From contig JAWKSL010000002.1 of NCBI GenBank assembly GCA_041389085.1, forward strand, positions 14,556 through 78,555: DNA of 64,000 nt, written 5' to 3'. Shown piece by piece: positions 39,934-50,111 of this stretch; position 1 is the first letter of the stretch; each line of letters opens with the position of its first letter. The translations under genes and the position numbers were made by a program. The notes under the pieces are model-generated. The model did not search any database, was not told the origin of the DNA, and worked only from the letters and a program-made list of their open reading frames with translations. The DNA is from Minisyncoccota bacterium (GTDB lineage Bacteria > Patescibacteriota > Minisyncoccia > UBA6257 > 1-14-0-10-44-23).

Positions 39934-42356
39934 ATCTCAGGGAAGGGGACTTTTGGTTCTGGTTTCTTTTCAACGACTTCAAACTTTTTCATAATTTCCG
40001 CTACCACTACTTCTTTGTCGCGTCCGTAGGTGAGGCGAGAAAATTCTACTGCTTGGTCTTTTACTGCTTGGTCTCCTGGGGTTGGTGGGAGTGTAGCGAT
40101 ACTAAATGGCTGAGAGGTTTGTCCGTTGATAAGGAGCTTGAGGTAGCAGTGGTAGTTGTCGATGTTGATAAGATCTTTTTGAGTGAAGGTTGGGCCGAAT
40201 TGTTTTTCTAAAAACTCTCCATCTTCTGCTCCAACTCTAAAGCTTGCTATCGAGCCAACGTTTCCAAACACAGACTTTTTAATCTCGTCGCTGAGCTGTC
40301 CGATAAACTGGTGGGCGATAGTAAGGTTGAGCTTATACTTTCGCGCTTCAGAAAGAATAGTTTGAATTGAGTCGGTGGTAACGTTTTGAAACTCGTCGAT
40401 GTAGAGGTAAAAAGGCTTTCGATCTTTCTCTGCTGTGTCGGTGCGAGAGAAGGAAGCCATAAGAATTTTTCCTACTATGAGCAGACCGATGAGGTTTGAG
40501 TTTAGAGCTCCGAGGCGGCCCTTTGAAAGGTTTATGAGCAGTATCTTTCCTTCGTCCATAACCTGGCGCATGTTGATCGAGCTTTTCTCTTGGGTAACTA
40601 TCGGACGCATTATTTCGTTTGAAAGGAAGGTGTCGAACTTTGAAGACACATACGGAACTATGTTTTGCAGGCTTGCTTCTCCTCCGGCTTTTTCAGCTAC
40701 TTCTTTCCAGAAGGTTTTTACGAGTGGGTTGGTTGTTTTTGAGAGCTTGTAGTTTCTAAACTCCTTATCGACAAAGACGCGGTTTATCTCAAGCAGGGTG
40801 TTGCCACTTTCTGGGTCGTCCATCACCAGCGCAGTCGCGTTTCTAAAGTACTGCTCAAACATAGGGCCACCAGCAGTCTTCATGTCGTAGAGCTTGTTAA
40901 ATATCTCAAGCAGTTCGTTGATAATGAAGGTTTTTTGTTCTGGGAAGGCTGGATCGTACTCAAGCAGGTTTAGTCCGAGTGGGCGAGATACGTCGCCTGG
41001 GTTGAAGTAGATAACGTCTTTTATGCGTTCTTTCGGAATGTGGGTGAGGAGCGTTTCACAGGCATCTCCGTGTGGATCGATAAAACAAACACCCTTTCCG
41101 TTTTGAATGTCTTGGATAGCCATGTTTTCAAGAAATACAGATTTACCAGTTCCTGTTTGACCAATTACGTAGAAGTGGCGCTCGCGGTCTTTGTCTGAGC
41201 TGCGCACTGGAATTGTTTCTGAGCGGTAAATGTTGTTTCCAAGAAGAAGGCCTTCGCGCGGAATGTTGTTTGGCACTGGAGCGTACTTTGCTTTGGTGCT
41301 AGCGAGGTTTGAAATGCCAAGCTCAGTGTTTGGTAAGTGGACTATGCTTGCGAGCTCTTCAGTTGAAAGGTAGGAAACAAAAGCCTTGTCGGGAAGGCGG
41401 AAAGAAAAGTTGTAGATAAGGCGCTGCAAGTTTCGCCCCTTTTGCCTTGCTCCTTTCCACTCGTTTACTTCTGGTTGGGTGAATTGTTGAAGCGGGTTTT
41501 CTATTTCTGAAAGGAGGGCGTCTGCTCTTTCTTGCGTTTGTGCGCTGGCTACGAGCCGAAGGTTTGTCGTGAAAAGCACTTTTTGGCTTTTGCGTTCGAT
41601 AAGGTCGATAAGGCTTTGGTTGAGTACTGGCTGGATTTGAGGAGTGTCTTCTTTCTTTTGTGCAGTGCTAGACTTTTTCATTTCTTGGCGAGCCTGAGAA
41701 ACAGTCTTTCCTTGCCTAAGGTGTTTTGAAAGGCCAAAGAGGTGTTGGTGGGCTGATGATGGAGCTTTCTCGAGTACGAGCTGAAGAACGAGCCCTTCGT
41801 TTTGCTCTGCGGCTCGAGAGAAGGCGCTTAAAATGCTTCCCAGTGGATCTGACTCTATAGACTGGTATGTTTTGAGCGGGAGGTATTTATCTTTCACCTT
41901 TAGGCTGCTGGCACTGACCGCGCTTTGTGGGTGGAAGATTGTGTAGTCTGAACTTTCCTCGATATGTGCTTGAGGATAGACTCCTTCGATAGCTTTTTGG
42001 GTACTTGCTGCATAATTCTTCGGCACTGCAAGATACATTGCTAGTTCTTTGCTGGTGCTTGGCATGGCAATTTCGAAGCTGAAGAAAACCGGGCCCTTTA
42101 GTAGGGTAGTGAGCTTGCCAACGCGGATGTTTGAGAGCTGGCTAAAAAGCTGCTCCATCATCGCTATTTTTTCTTTAAGGTTTTGGCTGCCTTGAGGTCT
42201 ATCTTCTTTGTTGAGCTCGCGCGGGAGTTGGATTTTTAGAAGTTTGAGTTGAAGGGAACGCTTGATAGCGTTTTTCTTCTGGAGACGCTGAAGAAGCCAA
42301 AATATGAGAACGGCGAGTACGACTAGGATTATAAGTATTGAAACAACAAGCTTCAT
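39930..42356 (-). CDS. TraG/VirD4/TrwB-like membrane-anchored ATPase (type IV secretion / DNA-transfer coupling-protein-like), full length
   Basis: N-terminal TM helix, Walker A VIGQTGTGKS, Walker B/arginine-finger block KPFYLYIDEFQNV...ARKYKLNLTIAHQ. Paralog of the partial ORF at 1..1471. Confidence 0.7.
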   Translation of the reverse strand: MKLVVSILIILVVLAVLIFWLLQRLQKKNAIKRSLQLKLLKIQLPRELNKEDRPQGSQNLKEKIAMMEQLFSQLSNIRVGKLTTLLKGPVFFSFEIAMPSTSKELAMYLAVPKNYAASTQKAIEGVYPQAHIEESSDYTIFHPQSAVSASSLKVKDKYLPLKTYQSIESDPLGSILSAFSRAAEQNEGLVLQLVLEKAPSSAHQHLFGLSKHLRQGKTVSQARQEMKKSSTAQKKEDTPQIQPVLNQSLIDLIERKSQKVLFTTNLRLVASAQTQERADALLSEIENPLQQFTQPEVNEWKGARQKGRNLQRLIYNFSFRLPDKAFVSYLSTEELASIVHLPNTELGISNLASTKAKYAPVPNNIPREGLLLGNNIYRSETIPVRSSDKDRERHFYVIGQTGTGKSVFLENMAIQDIQNGKGVCFIDPHGDACETLLTHIPKERIKDVIYFNPGDVSRPLGLNLLEYDPAFPEQKTFIINELLEIFNKLYDMKTAGGPMFEQYFRNATALVMDDPESGNTLLEINRVFVDKEFRNYKLSKTTNPLVKTFWKEVAEKAGGEASLQNIVPYVSSKFDTFLSNEIMRPIVTQEKSSINMRQVMDEGKILLINLSKGRLGALNSNLIGLLIVGKILMASFSRTDTAEKDRKPFYLYIDEFQNVTTDSIQTILSEARKYKLNLTIAHQFIGQLSDEIKKSVFGNVGSIASFRVGAEDGEFLEKQFGPTFTQKDLINIDNYHCYLKLLINGQTSQPFSIATLPPTPGDQAVKDQAVEFSRLTYGRDKEVVVAEIMKKFEVVEKKPEPKVPFPEI

Positions 42357-42366
42357 TATTGAGCTT

Positions 42367-42768
42367 TTAGTTATCTATTTTTCTTGCTTGAAGAAGTTTT
42401 TCGTAATATTCGTCTACGAGTTTGTCGTGGAGCGAGTCTACTATGTAGGCGTCTCCAGTTTTTCGTGCATCTGCTACTGCTTTTGCTATTCCTTTAGTAA
42501 GTGACTCTTCGAGGAGGTGGTTGAGCGCCTGCTGCGCTTGGTCGGTAAGCTGTGTGTTTGGCGCGGTAGCTTGCACTTGCTGGGTTTGGTCGTGTGCTAC
42601 AAACTCGCTGGTGCTTTGAGCCTCTTCTTGAATGTGATCCTTGAGTACTTCAGAGAAGGCAGGCTTCTCTTCAAACGCCATGCCTTTTTCTGCCGCTTCC
42701 TTTTTCTTCTCTTGCAGTTTTTGTTCTAGACTTTCTATTTCTTTTTGGAAAATATCGCTTTCGTTCAT
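42367..42768 (-). CDS. hypothetical coiled-coil/acidic protein, immediately upstream of and co-oriented with the VirD4-like ATPase
   Basis: 10-bp spacing to the ATPase start suggests a probable operon; no recognised family. Confidence 0.45.
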   Translation of the reverse strand: MNESDIFQKEIESLEQKLQEKKKEAAEKGMAFEEKPAFSEVLKDHIQEEAQSTSEFVAHDQTQQVQATAPNTQLTDQAQQALNHLLEESLTKGIAKAVADARKTGDAYIVDSLHDKLVDEYYEKLLQARKIDN

Positions 42769-42818
42769 GGTAAAATCTATATGTAGTATTAGCTGAATTA
42801 TATCACGAGCTTTTCTAT

Positions 42819-43352
42819 ATGAAGCTGTTTGACGATGTAAATTTTCACATGCACGAGGAGGCCTCGCGGCTGCTGTTTAATGTACTCGCAGCTTTTATTG
42901 TGACCTTCGTTTTGGCCCACGTATATTCGCTTCTTGTGCCTTGGTACGTCTTTATTGCTGGATACCACATACACCACTTCTACCACGGTATGGTCTTACT
43001 CGCGATCTCCGCTATCGTTGGTATCGTAACTATTAACGACAAAGTTCGTCATTTCTTTAGTTATGTGGTTGGTATCGGAATAGGGCTGATTATTGATGAG
43101 CTTGGACTGCTACTAAGCTGTACGGGGGAAAGGATCGACATTAGTTGTAGATACTTTTTTCCGAGTCGGTTTGACGCTGTGGCTATAGTCTCTGCGATAC
43201 TTCTCATTTTTATATTCTTTGGGGATAAGCCGATACATTGGTTTTTGCCGAAAAGTTGGCACGTACATCCGGCTATGGATAAGAGTGTGGGGCAGCACGT
43301 AACCGATCTTGGAAAGGCGATTGGTAAGAAAATAACAAACACGAACAGTTAG
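42819..43352 (+). CDS. hypothetical polytopic membrane protein
   Basis: Four predicted TM helices; His-rich loop YHIHHFYHG. Confidence 0.45.
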   Translation: MKLFDDVNFHMHEEASRLLFNVLAAFIVTFVLAHVYSLLVPWYVFIAGYHIHHFYHGMVLLAISAIVGIVTINDKVRHFFSYVVGIGIGLIIDELGLLLSCTGERIDISCRYFFPSRFDAVAIVSAILLIFIFFGDKPIHWFLPKSWHVHPAMDKSVGQHVTDLGKAIGKKITNTNS

Positions 43353-43468
43353 ATATGAAAAAGCACAAAAAACACACAAGCGAGGCAGCTCACCATGATG
43401 CCTCAATGATTCACCTTCCGAAGGTGAAAAAGCGAAAGATTAGTGGCGCTGGGTAGCACTAGGCGCTT

Positions 43469-44926
43469 TTGGGCTTTATCGTATTTTCAATTGTTCGTGC
43501 GGCCTTAGCTCCCGTTGAATACGAAACTGAAATGGTAAGTCGTGCTGATCTTGAAAAAACTATCAGTGTGACGGGGCAGATTCACTCAAAGCAGACTGCG
43601 GTGGTGAGCTTCCCGGTAACTGGTACGCTTTCAGAGCTCAATTTTGAAGTAGGTGAATATGTAGAGGAGGGGCAGGTGCTCGCTCGCCTTCGTGCAAGCG
43701 ACATAGTGCGCTCACTTACTCAGGCTCAAGCAGAGTACAACGCTGCTCTTACTGCACTAAGCAACGAGTCGCTTCAGCGCGATGACCGCGTGAGCGAAAA
43801 CAACCAAGACCTTCGCGATACTTATGCGAGCGCGCCTTCAGTATTTTCTGATATTTATGTGTACGCACAGCAGGCTCAAAACACCTTTGAGAGCTTTATC
43901 GATTCAGATGGAGATAGAGTGCAGGACGATCTTGATGACTCAATTCAGGGAGATAAGTGGATCGATGGGATAAATAACAGCGTGTGGCCAAACAGAAAGG
44001 CACTCAAAAAGCTCACTACGCTTCTTGCAAACTTCCCAATCGGGGCTAGCGATGAAACCGTAGATGAAACTTTGGCGCAGGTGCGTCCAGAGCTTCTAAC
44101 GATTCGAACCGGGCTCGTAGCTCTGCAATCAGCTCTCTACCAGGTAGATGAAGACGATATTGCAGCTGCTACGCTTTCAGCCTACCGAAGCGATGTGACT
44201 GACGCAATATCCGACATAAACGCAGCACTTAGTGCCGAGTTCGAGCTTGGAAACGACATTGCCAACCAGGGAGAGACAAACTCGTTTAACTTCAACGACA
44301 CTCAAGCAAACTACAACAGTCAGCTTGCGACAGTAAACGTAAAAGAGGCTGCTCTTTCTCGTGCACAGGGAGACTTGAGCGATACGGTGCTTAGAGCGCC
44401 AATCAGTGGAATTATCGCTCGAAAGAGCTTTGAGATAGGAGAGCGTGTAAGTGCTGGCTCTGAGGTTTATTACATTATCGATGCTGATAATCTTGAGATT
44501 CGTGCAAACGTGCCAGAAGTAGACATTGGCGACCTATCAAGTGCTCAGTCTATCTTTGCTATCTTCGACGCGCTGAGCTTCGATGAAGAGTTTGGACTTA
44601 GCCTTGAGCGCATCGATCCAGACCAGACAAACATAGACGGAGTTGTTTACTACCGCAGTATTTTTACCATCAACGACTTAGATGAGCGCTTTAAGCCAGG
44701 AATGAGCGCTGACGTAACTGTCGTGGTAGATAGTAAGGAAAATGTGCTTTCTATACCGCGCCGAGTTGTTGCTGGCCAAAATGGTACTGCAACGGTGCGT
44801 GTGCTTACTGAAAACAACGAAGTAGAGGAGCGTGAAGTAAAGCTTGGGCTTAGAGGAGACTTCTTGGTTGAAGTTTTGTCTGGCCTCTCAGAGGGAGAAA
44901 ACATAATTTTATCGGAGCGTGAATAA
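43469..44926 (+). CDS. HlyD-family periplasmic adaptor (membrane fusion protein) of an ABC exporter
   Basis: Biotinyl/lipoyl-like hairpin VTGTLSELNFEVGEYVEEGQVLARL, coiled-coil middle section, and C-terminal beta-barrel ending ...[13 protein letters not shown] start as drawn; an internal ATG is an alternative. Confidence 0.7.
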   Translation: MGFIVFSIVRAALAPVEYETEMVSRADLEKTISVTGQIHSKQTAVVSFPVTGTLSELNFEVGEYVEEGQVLARLRASDIVRSLTQAQAEYNAALTALSNESLQRDDRVSENNQDLRDTYASAPSVFSDIYVYAQQAQNTFESFIDSDGDRVQDDLDDSIQGDKWIDGINNSVWPNRKALKKLTTLLANFPIGASDETVDETLAQVRPELLTIRTGLVALQSALYQVDEDDIAAATLSAYRSDVTDAISDINAALSAEFELGNDIANQGETNSFNFNDTQANYNSQLATVNVKEAALSRAQGDLSDTVLRAPISGIIARKSFEIGERVSAGSEVYYIIDADNLEIRANVPEVDIGDLSSAQSIFAIFDALSFDEEFGLSLERIDPDQTNIDGVVYYRSIFTINDLDERFKPGMSADVTVVVDSKENVLSIPRRVVAGQNGTATVRVLTENNEVEEREVKLGLRGDFLVEVLSGLSEGENIILSERE

Positions 44927-45647
44927 ACCACTTGTTGAGCTTAAAGGTATTGAGAAAGTGTATGGGAATGGAGAAACAGTAACTCGTGCACTTGCTGGTA
45001 TAGACCTTGAAATACAGGAAGGGGAGTTTGTATCGATTATGGGGCCAAGCGGTAGCGGAAAAAGCACGCTCATGCACATCCTTGGTTTCTTAGATAAGCC
45101 TTCAAAGGGGAGCTACCACTTCAGTGGAAAGCTTATTCACTTTTCTGACGACGACTACCTTGCTGCTCTACGCAACAAGACTACCGGCTTTATCTTCCAG
45201 GCTTTCAACCTGCTTCCGCGAACAACTGTGCTTGATAACGTGATTTTGCCATTGCTTTATGCTGGCGAGCACTCAAAGGAACATATGCGTGAGCGTGGGC
45301 TTGCTGTGCTTGATGCTGTTGGTATGAGCCACCGAGTTGGGCACTTCTCAAATCAGCTTTCTGGAGGAGAGAAGCAGCGCGTTGCTATCGCTCGCTCGCT
45401 TATCAACGATCCGAAAGTTATCTTTGCTGACGAGCCAACAGGAAACTTGGATAGTAAGAGCGGAAGCCAGATTATGGAAATCCTTCAAGATTTAAACGAA
45501 GAGGGGCGCACCATTATTCTTGTAACTCACGAAAGTTTTGCCGCAGAGGCAGCTAAGCGCATTGTGCACATCAAAGACGGCTCCATCCTCAACGATAGTG
45601 TTGTGAAGAAGCGCCGCATCGCAAAGAAGGGAGAGTTTCTTAAGTAG
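44919..45647 (+). CDS. ABC transporter ATP-binding protein (MacB/LolD-like)
   Basis: [35 protein letters not shown]. Confidence 0.9.
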   Translation: MNKPLVELKGIEKVYGNGETVTRALAGIDLEIQEGEFVSIMGPSGSGKSTLMHILGFLDKPSKGSYHFSGKLIHFSDDDYLAALRNKTTGFIFQAFNLLPRTTVLDNVILPLLYAGEHSKEHMRERGLAVLDAVGMSHRVGHFSNQLSGGEKQRVAIARSLINDPKVIFADEPTGNLDSKSGSQIMEILQDLNEEGRTIILVTHESFAAEAAKRIVHIKDGSILNDSVVKKRRIAKKGEFLK

Positions 45648-45653
45648 GTATTT

Positions 45654-46889
45654 ATGGACTTTATTGAGAATTTTAACACAGCGCTTCGAGCATTGCGCGT
45701 TAATAAAGGACGAAGTTTTTTGACTATGCTTGGCATAATCATCGGGATTTCATCCTTTATTTTGGTGAACTCTTTGGGAGCTGGTGCTCAGAGTCTTATT
45801 CTTGATCAGGTCCGTCGCATTGGTTCTAACCTTGTTGCTGTACTTCCGGGAGCTAGTGAGGAAAACGGCCCTCCTGCTGGAGTGTTTGGAATTCAGATAA
45901 CTACACTTAAGCGCGAAGATATAGAAGTGTTGGCAAAGAATATTCCTGCTGTTGAAGCGAGCACCGGCTATGTACAAGGGGCGGAGATAATGACGTTTGA
46001 AAACGAAAGCCGTGCGTATAGCTACTTTGGAACTATGGCTACCTATCCATTGGTGCAAAACAGTAGCGTTGAGAAGGGGAGGTTTTTTTCTGAAGAAGAA
46101 GAGCGAAGCGGTGCGCGCGTAGTGGTGCTTGGAAGCGAAGTGGCTGAGGAAATGTTTCCAAACGTAGACCCGATTGGGAAGCGCGTGAAGCTTCAAACAG
46201 GGAGCTTTCGCGTGATTGGTGTGCTTAAAGAGCGTGGGGCGACTGCTTTTCAAAACTTTGATACGGTATTTTTCGTGCCGCTTACAACAGCGCAAAACCA
46301 GATGCTTGGTATTCGCTACTTAAACCTTGCTCACTTAAAAATCTCAGATGAAAGTGCCCTTCCTGCGGCTATGGAGCAGGCGAGAGAAATACTGCGTGAG
46401 CGACATAAAATTTCAAACCCTGAGGCTGATGACTTTCGCGTAAGCTCTACGGCAGAAATCTTGAGCTTGCTTACTACAGTAACTAACGCCTTGAAATTCT
46501 TCCTTGTTGGTATTGCTGCTATGAGTTTGATTGTAGGAGGGGTTGGGATTATGAACATTATGTATGTCAGCGTGTCTGAGAGAAGCTACGAAGTAGGCCT
46601 TCGAAAGGCAGTTGGCGCTCCATACATGCGCATACTTTCGCAGTTTTTAACTGAGGCGATCATTGTGACTTTGATCGGAGGAATTGTTGGTATACTGCTT
46701 GGCGTACTTTTAAGCTTTTTGATCGCTACGGTTGTTACGCTCCTTGGGTTTACCTGGGAGTTTGTAGTTCCTGTAAGCTCGGTCGTACTTTCATTTGTAA
46801 TTTCCAGCGCTGTAGGGCTTTTCTTTGGCGTGTATCCCGCCAAGAAAGCGGCCGATATGACGCCGATCGAAGCATTGAGGTCAAACTAA
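45654..46889 (+). CDS. ABC transporter permease (FtsX/MacB-like)
   Basis: N-terminal TM, large periplasmic domain, and C-terminal FtsX 3-TM bundle with the conserved GVGIMNIM. Confidence 0.85.
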   Translation: MDFIENFNTALRALRVNKGRSFLTMLGIIIGISSFILVNSLGAGAQSLILDQVRRIGSNLVAVLPGASEENGPPAGVFGIQITTLKREDIEVLAKNIPAVEASTGYVQGAEIMTFENESRAYSYFGTMATYPLVQNSSVEKGRFFSEEEERSGARVVVLGSEVAEEMFPNVDPIGKRVKLQTGSFRVIGVLKERGATAFQNFDTVFFVPLTTAQNQMLGIRYLNLAHLKISDESALPAAMEQAREILRERHKISNPEADDFRVSSTAEILSLLTTVTNALKFFLVGIAAMSLIVGGVGIMNIMYVSVSERSYEVGLRKAVGAPYMRILSQFLTEAIIVTLIGGIVGILLGVLLSFLIATVVTLLGFTWEFVVPVSSVVLSFVISSAVGLFFGVYPAKKAADMTPIEALRSN

Positions 46890-46890
46890 T

Positions 46891-48117
46891 ATGAAGCCCT
46901 TTCTAAGAATGTTTTCTATAGCTATGAGTGCCATTCGCTCGCAAATGAGTCGAAGCGTTTTGACGATGCTTGGGATAGTTATCGGCATTATGCTGGTGAC
47001 TATTGTTATGAGCGTTGGTGCAGCTGTAGAAGCCTTTATTATTGGCCAGGTAGAAAGCTTTGGAAGCGACGTTATATCTGTAGAGGTGCGCGCTCCCGGG
47101 CTTGGAAACGCTGGCGTGGGGATAGTCGTCACTACGATGAAGATAGCGGATGCTACGGCTATCGCTAAGCTTCCCGATGTGGACGAAACATATGCTGGCT
47201 ACTTAAGCCAAGCTGCTGTATCGGTAGATGGGCGTATAAAGAAGGCAAATCTTTTTGGTGTGAGCGAGGCGTACGTGAGAATAGACGATGCGCCTATAGC
47301 TCAGGGGCGATTTTTCTCTGAAGATGAAGACCGTTCGCTATCGCGCGTTGTTGTTTTGGGTAGCGAGATAGCGGAAACATTTTTCCCTTCCGGAAACGCG
47401 GTTTCAAACTCGATTAAAATAGACGGAAGCAACTATCGAATTATTGGTGTGTTTGAGCCACGTGGGGCTGCTGGTTTTTTTGATCGCGACAATATAGTAG
47501 TTATGCCAGTGCAGACTTTGCAGAGCCAAATAGCTGGAGTGGACTACGTATCGTTCATCGTGGCGAACTTGAACGATGCTGATAAGGCACTTCGGGCAAA
47601 AGCTGACATAGAGGAGCTGATGCGTGTGCGCCACAAGATATCTTCACCTGATAGAGACGACTTTGCAGTGTTTACTATTCAGGAAGCCAGGGAGCTCACC
47701 GGAACTATTTTGTTTGGTTTGCAAATTTTGCTTCTCGCCTTGGCGAGTATATCGCTTGTAGTAGGAGGGGTGGGAATTATGAACATTATGTACGTCAGTG
47801 TTTCGGAGCGTACGTTTGAAATAGGGCTTAGAAAGGCTATTGGAGCTCGGTATAAAGACGTGCTTTTGCAGTTTCTTATCGAGGCGAGTGTTTTGACTCT
47901 TTTGGGCGGAATAATTGGCATAGCGCTTGGAATAGGGGTTTCTTACTTGGCTTCAGTCTTTGCTCAGAAAGCAGGCTTTGACTGGCAGTTTATCGTTGGA
48001 TTTGGATCTATATTTGTAGCCCTTGGGTTTTCTATGGCCGTTGGCATTATCTTCGGACTCGCCCCTGCTAAAAAAGCTGCGAAACTTGAGCCTATAACGG
48101 CTTTGCGCTACGAATAG
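46891..48117 (+). CDS. ABC transporter permease (FtsX/MacB-like), second paralog
   Basis: Same architecture; GVGIMNIMYVSVSERT. Confidence 0.85.
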   Translation: MKPFLRMFSIAMSAIRSQMSRSVLTMLGIVIGIMLVTIVMSVGAAVEAFIIGQVESFGSDVISVEVRAPGLGNAGVGIVVTTMKIADATAIAKLPDVDETYAGYLSQAAVSVDGRIKKANLFGVSEAYVRIDDAPIAQGRFFSEDEDRSLSRVVVLGSEIAETFFPSGNAVSNSIKIDGSNYRIIGVFEPRGAAGFFDRDNIVVMPVQTLQSQIAGVDYVSFIVANLNDADKALRAKADIEELMRVRHKISSPDRDDFAVFTIQEARELTGTILFGLQILLLALASISLVVGGVGIMNIMYVSVSERTFEIGLRKAIGARYKDVLLQFLIEASVLTLLGGIIGIALGIGVSYLASVFAQKAGFDWQFIVGFGSIFVALGFSMAVGIIFGLAPAKKAAKLEPITALRYE

Positions 48118-48140
48118 CCGCTCTGATATACTGAGGGCAT

Positions 48141-49106
48141 ATGAAAAATATCAATACCGCAAGAGATTTCTTTTTGTATCTTTTTGCGACTGTGGCTGCT
48201 ATCTTTAGCGCCGTAAACATTATCGTATTGCTCTGGCAATACATAAATTATTTCTTCCCAGCTCCGTTTAGCTACTATTACGACGGGGTGAGTGGAGCTA
48301 TGAGATTTTCCATCTCAAGCTTAATCATCATCTTCCCACTCTACGTGTGGGTGATGTGGAGTCTTGGAAAAGACATCGATAGGCACCCTGAAAAGAAAGA
48401 CTTCTGGGTGCGCAAGTGGCTTATCTACATAACGCTTTTTGTAGCAGCGATGACCATGATTGTAGACTTGGTTGTTGTACTTAACACTTTCCTTGGCGGA
48501 GACTTTGCCGCTCGCTTTGTATTGAAGGCGCTTGCAGTGCTTGTTGTAGCGGCTGCGGTGTTTTCTTACTACACCTTCAACTTGAAGCGTGAGAGTGGGA
48601 AAGGACTTTCTACTCGAAAGACAATTGCTTGGGTGTCTTCAACAGTGCTTCTTGCTTTGATCGTTGGTGCATTCTTCATCGTAGGTAGCCCTGCGACAAG
48701 CCAAGACAAGCAGCTTGATAGCGAGCGTGTAGCCCACTTGAGCCAAATACAGTGGCAGGTGCTCGACCACTGGCGCCAGTCTGACGTACTTCCAGAAACT
48801 CTCGATGAGCTTAACGATCCTATAATTGGATTTGAAACTCCACGCGATCCAGAGACTCGCGAAGACTACGAATACACTAAGACTTCTGACCTTAGCTTCG
48901 AGCTCTGCGCTACCTTTGCAAGCGAGAGCCGAGACTTCGATCCTGAAGCCACCGATAGCTACGACGAGCGCGCAGCTATCGATTCTGGTGCCTACTATGG
49001 TGGGTATGAAGATTCTCGCTTCTGGCAACACGGAGAAGGAAGAACTTGCTTCGAGAGAACGATAGACCCTGAGAAGCACGCAGCTCCAAAGCCAGTTTAC
49101 TACTAG
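48141..49106 (+). CDS. DUF5671-like membrane protein
   Basis: Four N-terminal TM helices plus an acidic C-terminal extracytoplasmic region. The family call is tentative. Confidence 0.45.
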   Translation: MKNINTARDFFLYLFATVAAIFSAVNIIVLLWQYINYFFPAPFSYYYDGVSGAMRFSISSLIIIFPLYVWVMWSLGKDIDRHPEKKDFWVRKWLIYITLFVAAMTMIVDLVVVLNTFLGGDFAARFVLKALAVLVVAAAVFSYYTFNLKRESGKGLSTRKTIAWVSSTVLLALIVGAFFIVGSPATSQDKQLDSERVAHLSQIQWQVLDHWRQSDVLPETLDELNDPIIGFETPRDPETREDYEYTKTSDLSFELCATFASESRDFDPEATDSYDERAAIDSGAYYGGYEDSRFWQHGEGRTCFERTIDPEKHAAPKPVYY

Positions 49107-49157
49107 TATAAAAATGCTGAGAGCCGCCAACCCTAACGGGATGGCGGCTCTTTGCGT

Positions 49158-50042
49158 TCAGGCGAGCTCTCGTACAGGCGCGGCGGTGAGCCGAATCTGC
49201 ATGCGCTTGCTGCGCATCTTGATGTTTTTGGTGATGCCGAACCACTGGAGGGTCCAGATGAGGTAGCCTGTTGTGTCTACCTGCCACCATTTTTCGCCTT
49301 GGAACATCCACCACTTCTCATGGTGATGGTTGTTGTGCCAGCCCTCGCCACCCACAAGGAGCGCGAGGAGGAAGCTGTTGCGACTGGTGTCTTTCGTCTG
49401 GTAGGGACGCTTGCCCCAGAGGTGTGCCAGAGTGTTGATGGTGCTGGTAGCCTCTCCGAGCACTGCGGTGCTCAGGAAGAAAGAAATCAGCAAGCAACTC
49501 CACCCTCCGTAGAGGTAGCACGCTAGGCCCAGAAGGGCGAAGGGTACTATCTGTAGCCTCTCGAGCCACATGAGCTCGGGGAACTTGGCGAAGTCGGGGA
49601 TCTTCTTCTTGTAGTCGAGCTTGGGCCACCTGCTCAAGAACCAGCCCCACTGAGCGTAGGCAAAGCCGTGCTGAGTCGGGGAGTGCTTGTCGATGGGCTC
49701 GTCGCTGTTCCTGTGGTGGTCGCGATGTTCAGCTGCCCACCAAAGCGGGCCCTTTTGCATCGCGGTGCAACAGATCGCTCCCAGAACGAATTGAGAGAAG
49801 CGCTGGAAGCGCAACTCGTAGGTTCGGTGTGAGAAGTAGCGATGAAGACCGCCGGCTACCGCAAGCGCGCGTACGCGCCAGAGGATGAAGCCAAGCAGGT
49901 AGTCGCGCCAGCTTGCGTCGATGACGCCAGTAGCGTGAAGGACGATGCCCAGAACACCGAGAGTCTTCACGAGGAGGAACCCGATGGTGGTAGGGCTGAG
50001 CCAGTCGACCTTGGGCCGAGCAGCGTTTGTCGCCGTAGTCAT
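49158..50042 (-). CDS. acyl-lipid/acyl-CoA delta-9-type fatty acid desaturase
   Basis: Three His boxes HRYFSH, HRDHHRNSDEP and HNNHHHEKW. Strongly GC-rich relative to the rest of the window. Confidence 0.85.
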   Translation of the reverse strand: MTTATNAARPKVDWLSPTTIGFLLVKTLGVLGIVLHATGVIDASWRDYLLGFILWRVRALAVAGGLHRYFSHRTYELRFQRFSQFVLGAICCTAMQKGPLWWAAEHRDHHRNSDEPIDKHSPTQHGFAYAQWGWFLSRWPKLDYKKKIPDFAKFPELMWLERLQIVPFALLGLACYLYGGWSCLLISFFLSTAVLGEATSTINTLAHLWGKRPYQTKDTSRNSFLLALLVGGEGWHNNHHHEKWWMFQGEKWWQVDTTGYLIWTLQWFGITKNIKMRSKRMQIRLTAAPVRELA

Positions 50043-50111
50043 TTACTGACCTCTCTTTCGGCCTTTGGCCAGTGGTGCAAGGGGAATTCCTTACCCCTCT
50101 AGATTAGCACG

